The notes below the pieces were generated by a model. That model worked only from the letters and a program-made list of their open reading frames with translations, had not been told where the DNA came from and did not search any database. A stretch of DNA of 64,000 nt. It comes from Candidatus Eiseniibacteriota bacterium. GTDB lineage: Bacteria > Eisenbacteria > RBG-16-71-46. Within the stretch, counting starts at the first letter, position 1; each line of letters opens with the position of its first letter. The DNA lies in the NCBI GenBank assembly GCA_041483195.1, contig JBGPFC010000012.1, forward strand, positions 33,364 to 97,363. Reading direction: 5' to 3'. Position numbers and translations under genes: made by a program. Shown here one piece after another: positions 37,360 to 47,608 of this stretch.

Positions 37360-38505
37360 ATGAACATCCGAACCGAATCCGCGCTCGCCCCGGCCGGCGA
37401 GCCCAGCCCCGGCGCCCCGGACGACCGGGCCGCCGCCGAAACCGTGATCCGGCCGCCCCGGGCGGCGCCCGCGACGGCGCCCGCTCCTTCATCCGCGCCG
37501 CGCCCGGGCGGATCGCGCCGCGCCGTGTTCACGGTGCTCGCGATCGCGACCCTCTCGCTGATCGCGCTCGGCCTGCGCCAGTACCTGTTCGGCCTGAGCC
37601 ACGTGTCGAGCGACAACGCGCAGGTCGAAGGGCACGTCATCCCGGTGCTCGCCAAGGTGAGCGGCTACGTCACCGACGTCTACGTGAGCGAAAACCAGAT
37701 CGTGCGCGCCGGCGACCCGCTGGTGGTGCTCGACCGGCGCGAGTACGAGGCCAAGCTCGCGCAGAGCGAGGCCGACCTCGCCTCGGCGGTCGCGAACGCC
37801 GGCAGCGACGGACACCCGGGCCAGGCCGACGCCCAGCTCGCGGCCGCGCGCGCCGCCGCGCAGCAGGCGCAGGCCGCTGCCGACCGCGCGCGCGACGATC
37901 TCGAGCGCACCCAGGGCCTCGCGGGGCGGGGCATCGTGAGCAGCCAGCAGCTCGACGCCGCGACCACGGCCGGACGCGTCACCGCCGCGCAGCTCGACGC
38001 AGCGCAGAAGCAGGTGCTGGCCGCGGCGTCCGCGCTGCAGGGCGCGGGGGCGCGCGCCGCCGCCGCGCGCGCCGCGCGCGATCAGTCCGCGCTCAACCTC
38101 TCGTTCACGCGCATCACGGCGCCGTCGAACGGGGTGGTGAGCCGCAAGACGGTCGAGGTCGGGCAGCTGGTGCAGGGCGGGCAGCCCACCATGACGGTGG
38201 TGCCGCTCGATGACGTGTGGGTGACCGCCAATCTCAAGGAGACCGAGATCGCCGACGTGACGCCCGGCGACCATGCCGAGATCCGCGTGGACTCGTACCC
38301 GGGCCGCGTGTTCGCGGGCCACGTCGAGTCGCTGAGCCCCGCGACCGGCGCGCGCTTCTCGCTGCTGCCGCCCGACAACGCGACCGGCAATTTCACGAAG
38401 GTCGTGCAGCGCATCCCGGTGCGCATCCGCCTCGACGGCGCGCAGGACCCGGCCCATCCGCTGCGGCCCGGTACCAGCGTCGAGGTCGTGATCCGGACGA
38501 GGTGA
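37360..38505 (+). CDS. EmrA/HlyD family membrane fusion protein
   Basis: SSDNAQVEG, SPATGARFSLLPPDNATGNFTKVVQRIPVRI. Confidence 0.93.
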   Translation: MNIRTESALAPAGEPSPGAPDDRAAAETVIRPPRAAPATAPAPSSAPRPGGSRRAVFTVLAIATLSLIALGLRQYLFGLSHVSSDNAQVEGHVIPVLAKVSGYVTDVYVSENQIVRAGDPLVVLDRREYEAKLAQSEADLASAVANAGSDGHPGQADAQLAAARAAAQQAQAAADRARDDLERTQGLAGRGIVSSQQLDAATTAGRVTAAQLDAAQKQVLAAASALQGAGARAAAARAARDQSALNLSFTRITAPSNGVVSRKTVEVGQLVQGGQPTMTVVPLDDVWVTANLKETEIADVTPGDHAEIRVDSYPGRVFAGHVESLSPATGARFSLLPPDNATGNFTKVVQRIPVRIRLDGAQDPAHPLRPGTSVEVVIRTR

Positions 38506-38512
38506 GCGGGCG

Positions 38513-40102
38513 ATGAGCGCGACCACGCTGCGCGCGGCGCACGCCGCGCCGGCCGCGGCATTCGATCCGTACGCGAACCGCTACCTGATCGCGATCACGG
38601 TGACGCTGGCCTCGGTCATGGAGCTGATCGACACCTCGATCGTGAACGTGGCGATCCCGCACATGATGGGCAACCTGGGGGCCACGCTCGACCAGATCGC
38701 ATGGGTGTCGACCGGCTACATCGTCGCGAACGTGATCGTGCTGCCGATCACCGGCTGGCTCTCGGCCTTCTTCGGCCGGCGCCGCTACTTCGCGGGCTCG
38801 ATCGCGCTGTTCACGATCGCTTCGTTCTTCTGCGGCAATTCCCACACGCTGGGCCAGCTCGTGACGTGGCGCATCCTCCAGGGTCTCGGCGGCGGCGCGC
38901 TGCTCTCGACCTCGCAGGCGGTGCTCTACGAGGTGTTCCCGCCGCGCGAGTACGGCGTCGCGATGGCGATCTTCGGCGTGGGCGTCATGGTGGGGCCGAC
39001 GCTCGGGCCGACGCTCGGCGGCTGGATCACCGACACCTGGTCGTGGCCGTGGATCTTCTACATCAACATCCCGTTCGGCATGCTCGCGCTGGCGCTCACC
39101 GTGACGTACCTGCGCGATTCGCGTTACGCCCAGAAGATCGCGAGCGTGGATTGGACGGGACTCGCGCTGCTGGCGATCGGAATCGGCTCGCTCCAGACCA
39201 TGCTCGAGCGCGGCGAGCGTGTCGACTGGTTCGCATCGCGCGAGATCGTGGTGCTGGGACTGGTGAGCGCGATCGCGCTGGTGAGCTTCGTGTGGCACGA
39301 GCTGACCACCGAGCATCCGGTGGTGGACCTGCGAATTCTGAAGAACGCACAGCTCGCGGCGGGGGTGGCATTCGGCGGCATGCTCGGCCTCTGTCTCTAC
39401 GCCACGGTGTTCGTGCTGCCGGTCTACCTCCAGACCCTGCAGGGCTTCACGGCCAATCAGACCGGCCTGGTGATCCTGCCGGGCGCGATCGCGAGCGCGG
39501 TGGTGATGGGGACCATGGGGCGCATGCGCGGCAAGTTCGACGGGCGCATCAGCGTGATGGCGGGGGTCGGCATCTTCATGTTCGCGATGTGGCAGATGTC
39601 GCAGTTCACCACGTTGAGCGGCAAGCCCGATTTCCTCTGGCCGCTGGTGTGGCGCGGCGTCGGGCTGGGGCTGATCTTCGTGCCGCTCACCAACCTCGCG
39701 CTCGCCGAGCTGCCCATGGAGAGGATTCCGAACGGCACCGGGCTGTTCAACCTCATGCGCCAGCTGGGCGGCAGCATCGGGATCGCGCTCTCCGCGACCA
39801 CGCTCCAGCACCTCGAATCGCTCCACCGCTCCCAGCTGGCCGAGCACATCACGCGCTACAGCGACGTGACCCGCGAGCGGCTCGCGGCGCTCACCGCCAC
39901 GATGATCTCGCGCGGCGTGCTGCCCGCGATCGCCGAGACCCGGGCGATCGCCGTGCTCGACGGGCAGGTGACGCGCCAGGCGATGATGCTCTCGTTCGAG
40001 CAGCTGTTCCTGTTGTTCGGCTGGGCGTTCGCGCTCGCGCTGCCGCTGCTGCTCTTCATGCGCAGGGGCCGCGGTTTCCAGGGCGGAGGCGGCGGGCACT
40101 GA
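38513..40102 (+). CDS. DHA2 (EmrB/QacA) family MFS efflux transporter
   Basis: IDTSIVNVAIP, RILQGLGGG, GPTLGPTLGG, FNLMRQLGGSIG. Confidence 0.93.
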   Translation: MSATTLRAAHAAPAAAFDPYANRYLIAITVTLASVMELIDTSIVNVAIPHMMGNLGATLDQIAWVSTGYIVANVIVLPITGWLSAFFGRRRYFAGSIALFTIASFFCGNSHTLGQLVTWRILQGLGGGALLSTSQAVLYEVFPPREYGVAMAIFGVGVMVGPTLGPTLGGWITDTWSWPWIFYINIPFGMLALALTVTYLRDSRYAQKIASVDWTGLALLAIGIGSLQTMLERGERVDWFASREIVVLGLVSAIALVSFVWHELTTEHPVVDLRILKNAQLAAGVAFGGMLGLCLYATVFVLPVYLQTLQGFTANQTGLVILPGAIASAVVMGTMGRMRGKFDGRISVMAGVGIFMFAMWQMSQFTTLSGKPDFLWPLVWRGVGLGLIFVPLTNLALAELPMERIPNGTGLFNLMRQLGGSIGIALSATTLQHLESLHRSQLAEHITRYSDVTRERLAALTATMISRGVLPAIAETRAIAVLDGQVTRQAMMLSFEQLFLLFGWAFALALPLLLFMRRGRGFQGGGGGH

Positions 40103-40178
40103 CGGCGGGGCGCCCGCTTTCCCATCGCGCGCGCGTCGGCTAAGCTCCGTTCCCTCACGGCCGAACGGAGAGACTTAC

Positions 40179-40526
40179 GTGCGTTCTGGAATCCTGAATG
40201 GCGCTGCGCTCGCGATCGCCCTGGTCCTGATCGCGGCGGGCGGACCGTGGCTGGTGCGGGAGCTGCAGAGCCTGCCGCGCGGCGCGCTCACCGCGCGCTC
40301 GAGCCAGCGCGTGGTCACGCTCGAGGTGGGCGGCATGCACTGCTCGGGGTGCAGCTCGGCCGTGAAGCGCGAGCTCGCGCGCCTCGACGGCGTCGCGGCG
40401 GTGGACGTGCGGCTCCCGGAGCGGCGCGCGTACGTCGTGTGCGAGCGCGGCGTGGCCGACACCGCGCTCACCGCGGCGGTGAGCCGGGCCGGCCCCGGCT
40501 TCCTCGCGAGCGTCGTCACGAAGTAG
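40179..40526 (+). CDS. Heavy-metal-associated (HMA) domain protein with N-terminal membrane anchor/signal
   Basis: Hydrophobic N-terminus; VGGMHCSGC. Confidence 0.85.
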   Translation: MRSGILNGAALAIALVLIAAGGPWLVRELQSLPRGALTARSSQRVVTLEVGGMHCSGCSSAVKRELARLDGVAAVDVRLPERRAYVVCERGVADTALTAAVSRAGPGFLASVVTK

Positions 40527-40786
40527 CGCGGGCGGTCGCGGTCCTCAATCCGGCTCGACCCGAATCGGCGCGAAATCCCGCCCGGAATGCCGGGCTGCCC
40601 CCGGGGCAGGCCCCCTGGGGGGGAGCCGAATGCCCGAAACGCGGGTCTCGCCGCCCCCCAGATCGGTCCGTAGTCCTTCGTTCCAGTCTCCGGTGGACAA
40701 TGGTAGACTCGATCCCTCGCGCCACCGGCGATTTCCCCCCGCCAGGGCGTTTCCTATTGGGTCGCAATCGCCGGGAGTCCCTTGCC

Positions 40787-43603
40787 ATGCGTCGCATCTC
40801 GCTGTTCGTTGCCCTGGGAGTACTCGCGGCGGGTCTCGTGGCGGCACCCCGATACCTGAAGTCGCTCCCCGCCTCGACCCCCGCCTTCGTCCACTTCGAG
40901 AGCGGCCAGGTGCGCCCCGCCGCGCTCACGCCCTCCGGCGACCGCCTGCTCGTGGTGGACACGCCCGATGCGCACCTGCGCGTGTTCGACGTGACGGGGT
41001 TGAAGCCGCACAAGATCACGGACATCCCGGTGGGCCTCGAGCCGGTTTCGGTCCGGTGCCTCAGCGACAGCGAGGCCTGGGTGGTGAACAACGTCTCGGA
41101 CGACGTGAGCGTCGTGAACCTCAACACGCTTCACGTGCGCGCCGTCATTCGCGTCGGCGACGAGCCGAACGACGTCGTTTTCGCGAACGGCAAGGCCTAT
41201 GTCAGCGTTTCGCAGGAAGACGTGGTGAAGGTCTACGACACGACGACCCGGGCGCTGGTCGCGAGCATTCCGATCAACGGCCGCAAGCCGCGCACGCTCG
41301 CGAGGACGACCGACGGCACCAAGGTCTACGTCGCGGTGTTCCAGGGCGGCAACCGCACCACCGTGCTCTCGCCCACCAAGGTGCCGGTCGATTCGATGCC
41401 CGAAGACTTCGACATCCCGATGGACGGGGGCCTGCCGCCCCAGCCCAACAACGGCCTCATCGTCCAGAAGCAGGGCGTCAACTGGTACGACATGTACGGC
41501 ACGCTGTGGAGCTCGAAGGTGAAGTACAACCTGTACGAGGTGGACGTCGCCGAGATCAACACCACCACCGACGCCGTGACCCGCGGCTTCGGCGGCATGA
41601 GCAGCGTCAACTACGGGGTCGCGGTGAGCCCCACCGACGGCCGCATCGTGCTGACCGGCACCGAAGCCCGCAACATCCTGCGCTTCGAACCCCGGCTCAA
41701 CGGGTACCTGGTCGAGACCAACGTGTCGTTCGTGACGCAGGCGGGCGCGGTCTCGGTTCGCAAGCTCGACCCGCACATCGACTACGACGTGGTGCCCGGC
41801 ACCCAGGCCGAGGCCGACTCCGCGATCGGGATTCCGAGCGCCGTCACGTTCTCGAGCGACGGCCTGCGCGCATACGTCACGTCGTTCGCCACCGACAAGC
41901 TCGGCGTCATCAATCCGGGCGGCGGCGCGCTCTCGTCGGTGCTCGCGCGGGTGAAGACCGTGGCGGGCCCGACCGGGGTCGTCTGCGACGGCCCGCGCCA
42001 CCGCATCTACGTCGTGGGGCGCAATCACAACCAGCTGCAGACTTTCCAGAGCGACTCGCTCTACTCGATGAGCATCGTGGGCATCGGCTTCGACCCGACG
42101 CCCAACCCGATCGTGAACGGGCGGAAGTTCTTCTACGGCGGATTCACATCGGCCCACGGCGACCAGGCGTGCGCGACCTGCCACGTGTTCGGCGACATCG
42201 ACAACCTGGCGTGGGATCTCGGCGATCCGCTCGGCTCATACGTCGACCCGCCGAATCCCAATCCGCTCGGGCTCTCGGGGTTCCACCCGATGAAGGGCCC
42301 GATGGTGACTCAGTCGCTGCGCGGGCTCACCAACACCGAGCCGTTCCACTGGCGCGGCGACCGCGTGAATCTCGCGGCGTTCAACAACGCGTTCCTCTCG
42401 CTGCAGGGGCGCGAGGCGCCGCTCGCGGACAGCGAGATGACCGCGTTCAGCGCGTTCGTCATGCCGATGGTCTATCCGCCGAACCCCAACGAGAACCTCG
42501 ACCGCACCATGCCGGACGCGCCGCCCGGGCAGCCCAGCGCGCTGCGCGGGCAGGACTTCTTCATGAACGCGATCGTCGACGGCAGCGGCCACACCTGCAC
42601 GTCGTGCCACACGGCGGCGAGCTTCGGCCCGGGCACCGATCGCGTGATGGTGCCGAAGGCCCAGCTCGGCGAAGACCAGGACTTCAAGGTCCCGCAGCTG
42701 CGGAATCTCTACGAGAAGACCGGATTCCGCGACACGATCGGAGTGACCAACAAGCGCGGTTTCGGATTCGACCACGACGGATCGTCCGACAACCTCGTGG
42801 ACCTGATGAAGAACGTCCACGGACCGATGTTCGACTTCGGGTCGCCGGCCGCGGTGGCCGACGCGAACATCCGCGACCTCGAAGCGTTCCTGATGGCGTT
42901 CGACACCGGCATGGCGCCGGCGGTCGGCTATCAGCTCGGCTTCGATGGCACCAACAACTCCGACCCGACCGCGCTCTCGCGCGCGGACACGCTCCGGGGG
43001 CAGGCCGCGGCCGGCAACTGCGATCTCATCGCGAAGGGCCGAGTGAACGGGCAGGCGCGCGGCTGGGTGTACGAAGGCTCCGACCAGTGGAAGCCCGACA
43101 AGGTAGCGGAGAGCGACATCACCACCGCTGAGCTGATCGCGCTCGCCGGACTCGGCAGCGAGCTGACCGTGACCGGAGTGCCGACCGGGCTCGGATCGCG
43201 AATGGGCATCGACCGCGATTGCGATGGTTACCTCGACGGCGACGAGCGTGACGCGGGCAGCGACCCCGGCGGGCCGGCCTCGAACCCGACCAACGTCGAC
43301 GTCACGCCTCTGCCTGCGCGCGCCGAGTTCGCGCTGCGCGGCGTGCATCCCAATCCGTTCCGCTTCGGCACCGACGTGATGTTCACGCTCGGCCGCGCGA
43401 GCCGCGTGGATCTCGTGGTGTTCGACATCATGGGGCGCGAGGTGCGCTCGGTGGTGCGCGGCGAGTGGATGGCGGCGGGACCACAGACCCTGCGCTGGGA
43501 CGGCCGCGACGCGAGCGGCCGCGAGGCCGGCGCCGGCGTTTACTTCGTGAAGCTCCGGACCGAAGCCGCCAGTTGGACCCGCACCGTGGTACGCGTGAGG
43601 TAA
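40787..43603 (+). CDS. Secreted YncE/YVTN beta-propeller + di-heme cytochrome c (CcP/MauG-like) protein with FlgD/T9SS-like CTD (paralog 1)
   Basis: Signal; propeller repeats (IPVGLEPVSV, VGDEPNDV); CATCH and CTSCH; KGPMVTQSLRG; KVPQLRN; CTD PNPF...AGVYFVKL. Confidence 0.82.
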   Translation: MRRISLFVALGVLAAGLVAAPRYLKSLPASTPAFVHFESGQVRPAALTPSGDRLLVVDTPDAHLRVFDVTGLKPHKITDIPVGLEPVSVRCLSDSEAWVVNNVSDDVSVVNLNTLHVRAVIRVGDEPNDVVFANGKAYVSVSQEDVVKVYDTTTRALVASIPINGRKPRTLARTTDGTKVYVAVFQGGNRTTVLSPTKVPVDSMPEDFDIPMDGGLPPQPNNGLIVQKQGVNWYDMYGTLWSSKVKYNLYEVDVAEINTTTDAVTRGFGGMSSVNYGVAVSPTDGRIVLTGTEARNILRFEPRLNGYLVETNVSFVTQAGAVSVRKLDPHIDYDVVPGTQAEADSAIGIPSAVTFSSDGLRAYVTSFATDKLGVINPGGGALSSVLARVKTVAGPTGVVCDGPRHRIYVVGRNHNQLQTFQSDSLYSMSIVGIGFDPTPNPIVNGRKFFYGGFTSAHGDQACATCHVFGDIDNLAWDLGDPLGSYVDPPNPNPLGLSGFHPMKGPMVTQSLRGLTNTEPFHWRGDRVNLAAFNNAFLSLQGREAPLADSEMTAFSAFVMPMVYPPNPNENLDRTMPDAPPGQPSALRGQDFFMNAIVDGSGHTCTSCHTAASFGPGTDRVMVPKAQLGEDQDFKVPQLRNLYEKTGFRDTIGVTNKRGFGFDHDGSSDNLVDLMKNVHGPMFDFGSPAAVADANIRDLEAFLMAFDTGMAPAVGYQLGFDGTNNSDPTALSRADTLRGQAAAGNCDLIAKGRVNGQARGWVYEGSDQWKPDKVAESDITTAELIALAGLGSELTVTGVPTGLGSRMGIDRDCDGYLDGDERDAGSDPGGPASNPTNVDVTPLPARAEFALRGVHPNPFRFGTDVMFTLGRASRVDLVVFDIMGREVRSVVRGEWMAAGPQTLRWDGRDASGREAGAGVYFVKLRTEAASWTRTVVRVR

Positions 43604-43625
43604 CAGCCCCTTGCCGCACGCCGCG

Positions 43626-43658
43626 GACCGCCCGGGCGGAACAAGCGCCCGGGCGGTC
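43626..43658 (+). terminator. Probable intrinsic terminator
   Basis: GACCGCCCGGGCG-gaacaag-CGCCCGGGCGGTC followed by tcgcttt. Confidence 0.65.
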
Positions 43659-43882
43659 TCGCTTTGTGGATCGCGAGCGCGAGGCGGCCGGCGAGCGAGG
43701 GCTCGCACGACTGTCGCTTCGGCTGACAGTTCCGGCGGAAAAGGCAGAGCGCGCTCGAGCCGCGACGCGCGTGCAATACCTCCAGCTCCACGCCCGCCCG
43801 CGACTTGGACGAAACAGCATTCCGCGGCACGCGGATTGCGCTTGGTGATCCGGGTTACGGATTCGCCATGGAGGCACCCGTC

Positions 43883-46708
43883 ATGAAAACCCGGCCGCTC
43901 GCCATCACGCTCGTCGCGACATCCCTGCTTGCAGCGTCCGCCTCGATCGCGAGCGGACCCCCCATCAAGTTCGCGGAGCGTCAGCTCGCACCCGACATCG
44001 GATCGTCCCTTGTCGTAGGGGAGCTCGACGGCAATCCGGGCCCGGAGGTCGTCGGGGTCTCGGGCGGCAACGTCCTCGTTCTTCGCAATCTCGGCGGGCG
44101 CGCGTTCTCGTCTGTCCAATCCATCCCGATGGCGGGCGGCAGCGAGTTCCGGCTCGCGCTCCCGGACGTGGATGGCGACGGACGGCGCGATCTGGTGACG
44201 CTGCGTTCGTCACCTCCGGCGGTGGTGCTGCGCGCGAATCTCGGCGGGTTCAATTTCGCGCCGGCGCTGGAGTACGCGCTGCCCTCGAGCCCGCGCGCGC
44301 TCGCGACGGGTGATATGAACGGCGATTCACGCGATGACATCATCGCCTTCTGCCAGGACACGGCGGCGGTCTTCATGGGCCTCCCCGGAGGCAGTCTCGC
44401 GGGACCGACGCTCGTTCCCATCGGGCCCGGCGCATTCGACGTTCCCGCCCTCGCCGATCTCGACGGTGATACGAAGCTGGATCTGGTGCTGTTCGTCGGC
44501 GACTATCCGTCGTGGTCGCTGCAGTGGCGCCATGGCAACGGCGACGGCACGTTCGGCGCGCCGAACTCCATCCCGGGCACTGCCGATTTCACCCCGCACA
44601 TGGCAGCCATGGACTTCGACCTCGACGGTGATGCAGACATCATCGCGTCAACGAATACCGGCGTGATCTGGCTCGAGAACGACGGATCGGGAGCGTTCAC
44701 GAGACGCGCGCCACTGCCGTTCGACCTCCACACCACCGACCCCGCGCAGGCCAGGATCGGCGACGTGGATGGCGACGGGCGCCTCGATGTGGTCCTTGCC
44801 GAACGCACGTTCGGCATACAGAACAACCTGGTCGAGGTCGCGTACTCGGCGGCCGACAGCGCCGCTCATTGTCTCGAGCGCTGGCACGTTCCGTACGAGC
44901 CGACCGGCCTGGCGCTCGCGGATCTGGACGGAGATGGCCGCCTCGACGTCGCCACCTCGTGCACGACCAGCTCGGACAACCCCTACTACTTTTCGGGTGG
45001 TCCTTCGACCGCCATCCTCTGGAATGACGCTCACGGCGGTTTGCTCGGGCGATTGGAGGCGCGGCTTCAATTTCCCTATTTCAATTCCTCGTCCGAGAGC
45101 GCGCTGCTCGCGCTGAGGCGGGCGGCAGACACTCCCCCCGATCTCGTGGCGTCCACGGATCAGCGTGCGCGCCTGCTCAGAAATGTGAGCGATGCAATGT
45201 TCGCGGCGCCCGAGAGCATCGGCGTCGGGCACCCGCTCGCGGCGGCCGACCTCGACGGCGACGGGGCCGACGACTTGGTCCTCACACGCTCCGACTCGGC
45301 GTGGGTGTTCTTGCGCGACACCACCACCCTGGGCTTCGCAGCACCCGGACCGCTTCTCGCCGGGGGCGTCTCGCTGGGCCTCGGCGACCTGAATGGCGAT
45401 GGACGAACCGACCTCGTGACGGAAGGCGCAGCCGGCTCGATCGCCTATCGTCCCGGCGACGGCTCGGGTGGATTCGGGGCGAACCTTCCGTTCGGCGCGG
45501 CGCTGCAGGTTCCGCACGGGGCCGTTCTCATCCGGGACCTCGATGGGGATGGGCGCACCGAGATCGTGTTCGCCGAAGCCTCGGCGGTCACGAGCGGCGA
45601 CTCCCCGAGTCATGTGCTGCGCGCCGTGCTGCATGTGCTCCACAACGACGGGGCGGGGCACTTCGCATCCGACGAGATCGACTCGCTGCGTCTGACGTAC
45701 GCGTCTGGCTCGAGCTACTCCAATTTCGGCAGCGCGCTCACCGTCGCTGACGTCGACGGGGACGGCGATCGAGACGTGGTGCTCTCGATGGGGAATGGCG
45801 GCGTCAGCCTCGGCTGGTTCGGCGCGTTCCTCAATGACGGCGCTGGCCATTTCCACGCCGCTGGGCCCGCGCAGTACGGCGGCAACCCCGGGGGCGATCT
45901 CGCCTCTGCCGATCTCAACGGCGACGCTCTGGCGGACGTGATCATCGCCCAGAGCGACGGCCTCGATTTCGACCTCGGCGTATTCCCGGCGAGCGGAGGT
46001 GGAGCGTTCGGGACGATAAGCTACTTCATCGGCGCCGATGCCATGACGCGCTGCATCACCGCCGACTTCGACGGCGACGCCCGGACCGATGTGGCGGTGC
46101 TCGGTTACAACGACAACGACATCGTCATGCTGCGCAACGCGACAGAGTACGCGCCCATTCCGACGCCCGCGCTCGCCTCGCTGGTGAGCGCGGCACTCGC
46201 GGGCGGCATTGCGCGGATTGAGTGGTGGAGTCCGGACGGCGCCGCGTTCAAGGCCACGCTGCAGCGCGCGCTGGACGATGGCGCGTGGATGCCGATCGCG
46301 ACGATTGTCGCCGACGGCGCAGGGCACGTCCGGTACGAAGATGCCGGTTTGCTCCCCGGGCACCGTTACGGCTATCGGCTCTGGGTGCGGGACGAGACCG
46401 GCGCGCACGCGCTCGGCGAGGCATGGCTCGGCGTGCCTGCCCGCGCGTTCTCGATCCAGCCGCCCGTGCCCAATCCCTCGACGGGCCGGCCGGCATTCGT
46501 AGTCTCGCTGCCCGATGCGGGGGAGGGCGCGCTCGACATCATCGACGTGAGCGGACGCCTCGTGCGGCGCGCGACGTTCCGTTCGAGCGCCGCCGGGCAG
46601 GAACGTGTCTCGTTCGAGCGCGAGGGCACGCTCGCGCCCGGGCTCTACTTCGCGCGCGCGCGGATGGGGCGCGAGACGACGCTCGCGCGGTTCGTGGTGA
46701 TCCGCTAG
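43883..46708 (+). CDS. Secreted FG-GAP/VCBS repeat protein with Ig-like linker and FlgD/T9SS-like CTD
   Basis: GGAGG RBS; signal; about a dozen D(L/V/F)DGDGxxD repeats; CTD PNPSTG...IDVSGR...PGLYFAR. Confidence 0.85.
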   Translation: MKTRPLAITLVATSLLAASASIASGPPIKFAERQLAPDIGSSLVVGELDGNPGPEVVGVSGGNVLVLRNLGGRAFSSVQSIPMAGGSEFRLALPDVDGDGRRDLVTLRSSPPAVVLRANLGGFNFAPALEYALPSSPRALATGDMNGDSRDDIIAFCQDTAAVFMGLPGGSLAGPTLVPIGPGAFDVPALADLDGDTKLDLVLFVGDYPSWSLQWRHGNGDGTFGAPNSIPGTADFTPHMAAMDFDLDGDADIIASTNTGVIWLENDGSGAFTRRAPLPFDLHTTDPAQARIGDVDGDGRLDVVLAERTFGIQNNLVEVAYSAADSAAHCLERWHVPYEPTGLALADLDGDGRLDVATSCTTSSDNPYYFSGGPSTAILWNDAHGGLLGRLEARLQFPYFNSSSESALLALRRAADTPPDLVASTDQRARLLRNVSDAMFAAPESIGVGHPLAAADLDGDGADDLVLTRSDSAWVFLRDTTTLGFAAPGPLLAGGVSLGLGDLNGDGRTDLVTEGAAGSIAYRPGDGSGGFGANLPFGAALQVPHGAVLIRDLDGDGRTEIVFAEASAVTSGDSPSHVLRAVLHVLHNDGAGHFASDEIDSLRLTYASGSSYSNFGSALTVADVDGDGDRDVVLSMGNGGVSLGWFGAFLNDGAGHFHAAGPAQYGGNPGGDLASADLNGDALADVIIAQSDGLDFDLGVFPASGGGAFGTISYFIGADAMTRCITADFDGDARTDVAVLGYNDNDIVMLRNATEYAPIPTPALASLVSAALAGGIARIEWWSPDGAAFKATLQRALDDGAWMPIATIVADGAGHVRYEDAGLLPGHRYGYRLWVRDETGAHALGEAWLGVPARAFSIQPPVPNPSTGRPAFVVSLPDAGEGALDIIDVSGRLVRRATFRSSAAGQERVSFEREGTLAPGLYFARARMGRETTLARFVVIR

Positions 46709-46735
46709 CGGCTCGCGGTCGAGCCCGGCCCGGGT

Positions 46736-47428
46736 CTAGAGCGCGCGATAGCCCGCGCGGATCGCCCAGAAATGGAGCGTCGTGCCGCCGCGGTCCATCG
46801 AGTAGAACTGGACCTCCGCGAGGAAGCGATCGCGCAGCGTGGGCTTGAACTCGTAGCGCGCGCCGGCGCTCCACACGCCGCCCGAGCCGGTCGTCGCACG
46901 CAGCGGAACCCTTCTGCCGTTCGGCAACAGCACCGAGGTCTGTCCCGAGGGGAAGCCGCTCTCGAAGTAGCCGCCGCCCGCGCCCCCCTCGAGCCACAGG
47001 TGATTCCACGGCCGCACCGCCACCCCGCCCAGCGCCGAGCCCAGCCAGCCGTGTCCGTAGTCGATGTTCACGGCGTACGCGATGCCATCCACGAGGAAGT
47101 AGTTCGGCTGCGTCGAAGGCAGGTCGTCGTAGTCGAGCCGCGCGCGCAGCGCGATGCGATCGGCGAAACGCCGGTCCGCGCTCGCGCCCAGGTCGAACCC
47201 GGAGCCGTAGCGCGGCCGGACGTCGGAGGGCGAGCCGAGCCATCCGCCGCCGCCATGAGTCCAGACCTGCCATGGCCCCGCGAGGGTGCGCATGCTGTCC
47301 GCGTGCGTGGGCCGGCGCGGGGGCGGCTCGTGCCAGGGGCGCCCGCCGCGTTCGCCATACTGCGCGCGCGCGGGAGCGGCGATTAGGATCAGGAACGCGG
47401 CGAGCGTGGACGGGTGAGGGATGCGCAC
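46736..47428 (-). CDS. Small outer membrane beta-barrel protein
   Basis: Signal ARA-Q; amphipathic Gly/aromatic strands; ends AIRAGYRAL; GTG start 6 nt after TATGCT. Confidence 0.65.
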   Translation of the reverse strand: MRIPHPSTLAAFLILIAAPARAQYGERGGRPWHEPPPRRPTHADSMRTLAGPWQVWTHGGGGWLGSPSDVRPRYGSGFDLGASADRRFADRIALRARLDYDDLPSTQPNYFLVDGIAYAVNIDYGHGWLGSALGGVAVRPWNHLWLEGGAGGGYFESGFPSGQTSVLLPNGRRVPLRATTGSGGVWSAGARYEFKPTLRDRFLAEVQFYSMDRGGTTLHFWAIRAGYRAL

Positions 47429-47608
47429 GCTGCCAGCATAGGGCCGCGTCGCGAGGCACGCCACGCCGCCGCTCGCCTCACGATCTCGCCATCGCGCGGC
47501 CGGGCCGCCCCACTTCGGCTGACCCGCGCCCCGCGTTTGATGCTAGGATCATCGCTCAATTGAAGCCGAAGCCGTGGACCGGGCGCTTCGTCGTTCCCAC
47601 CTCCCAGC

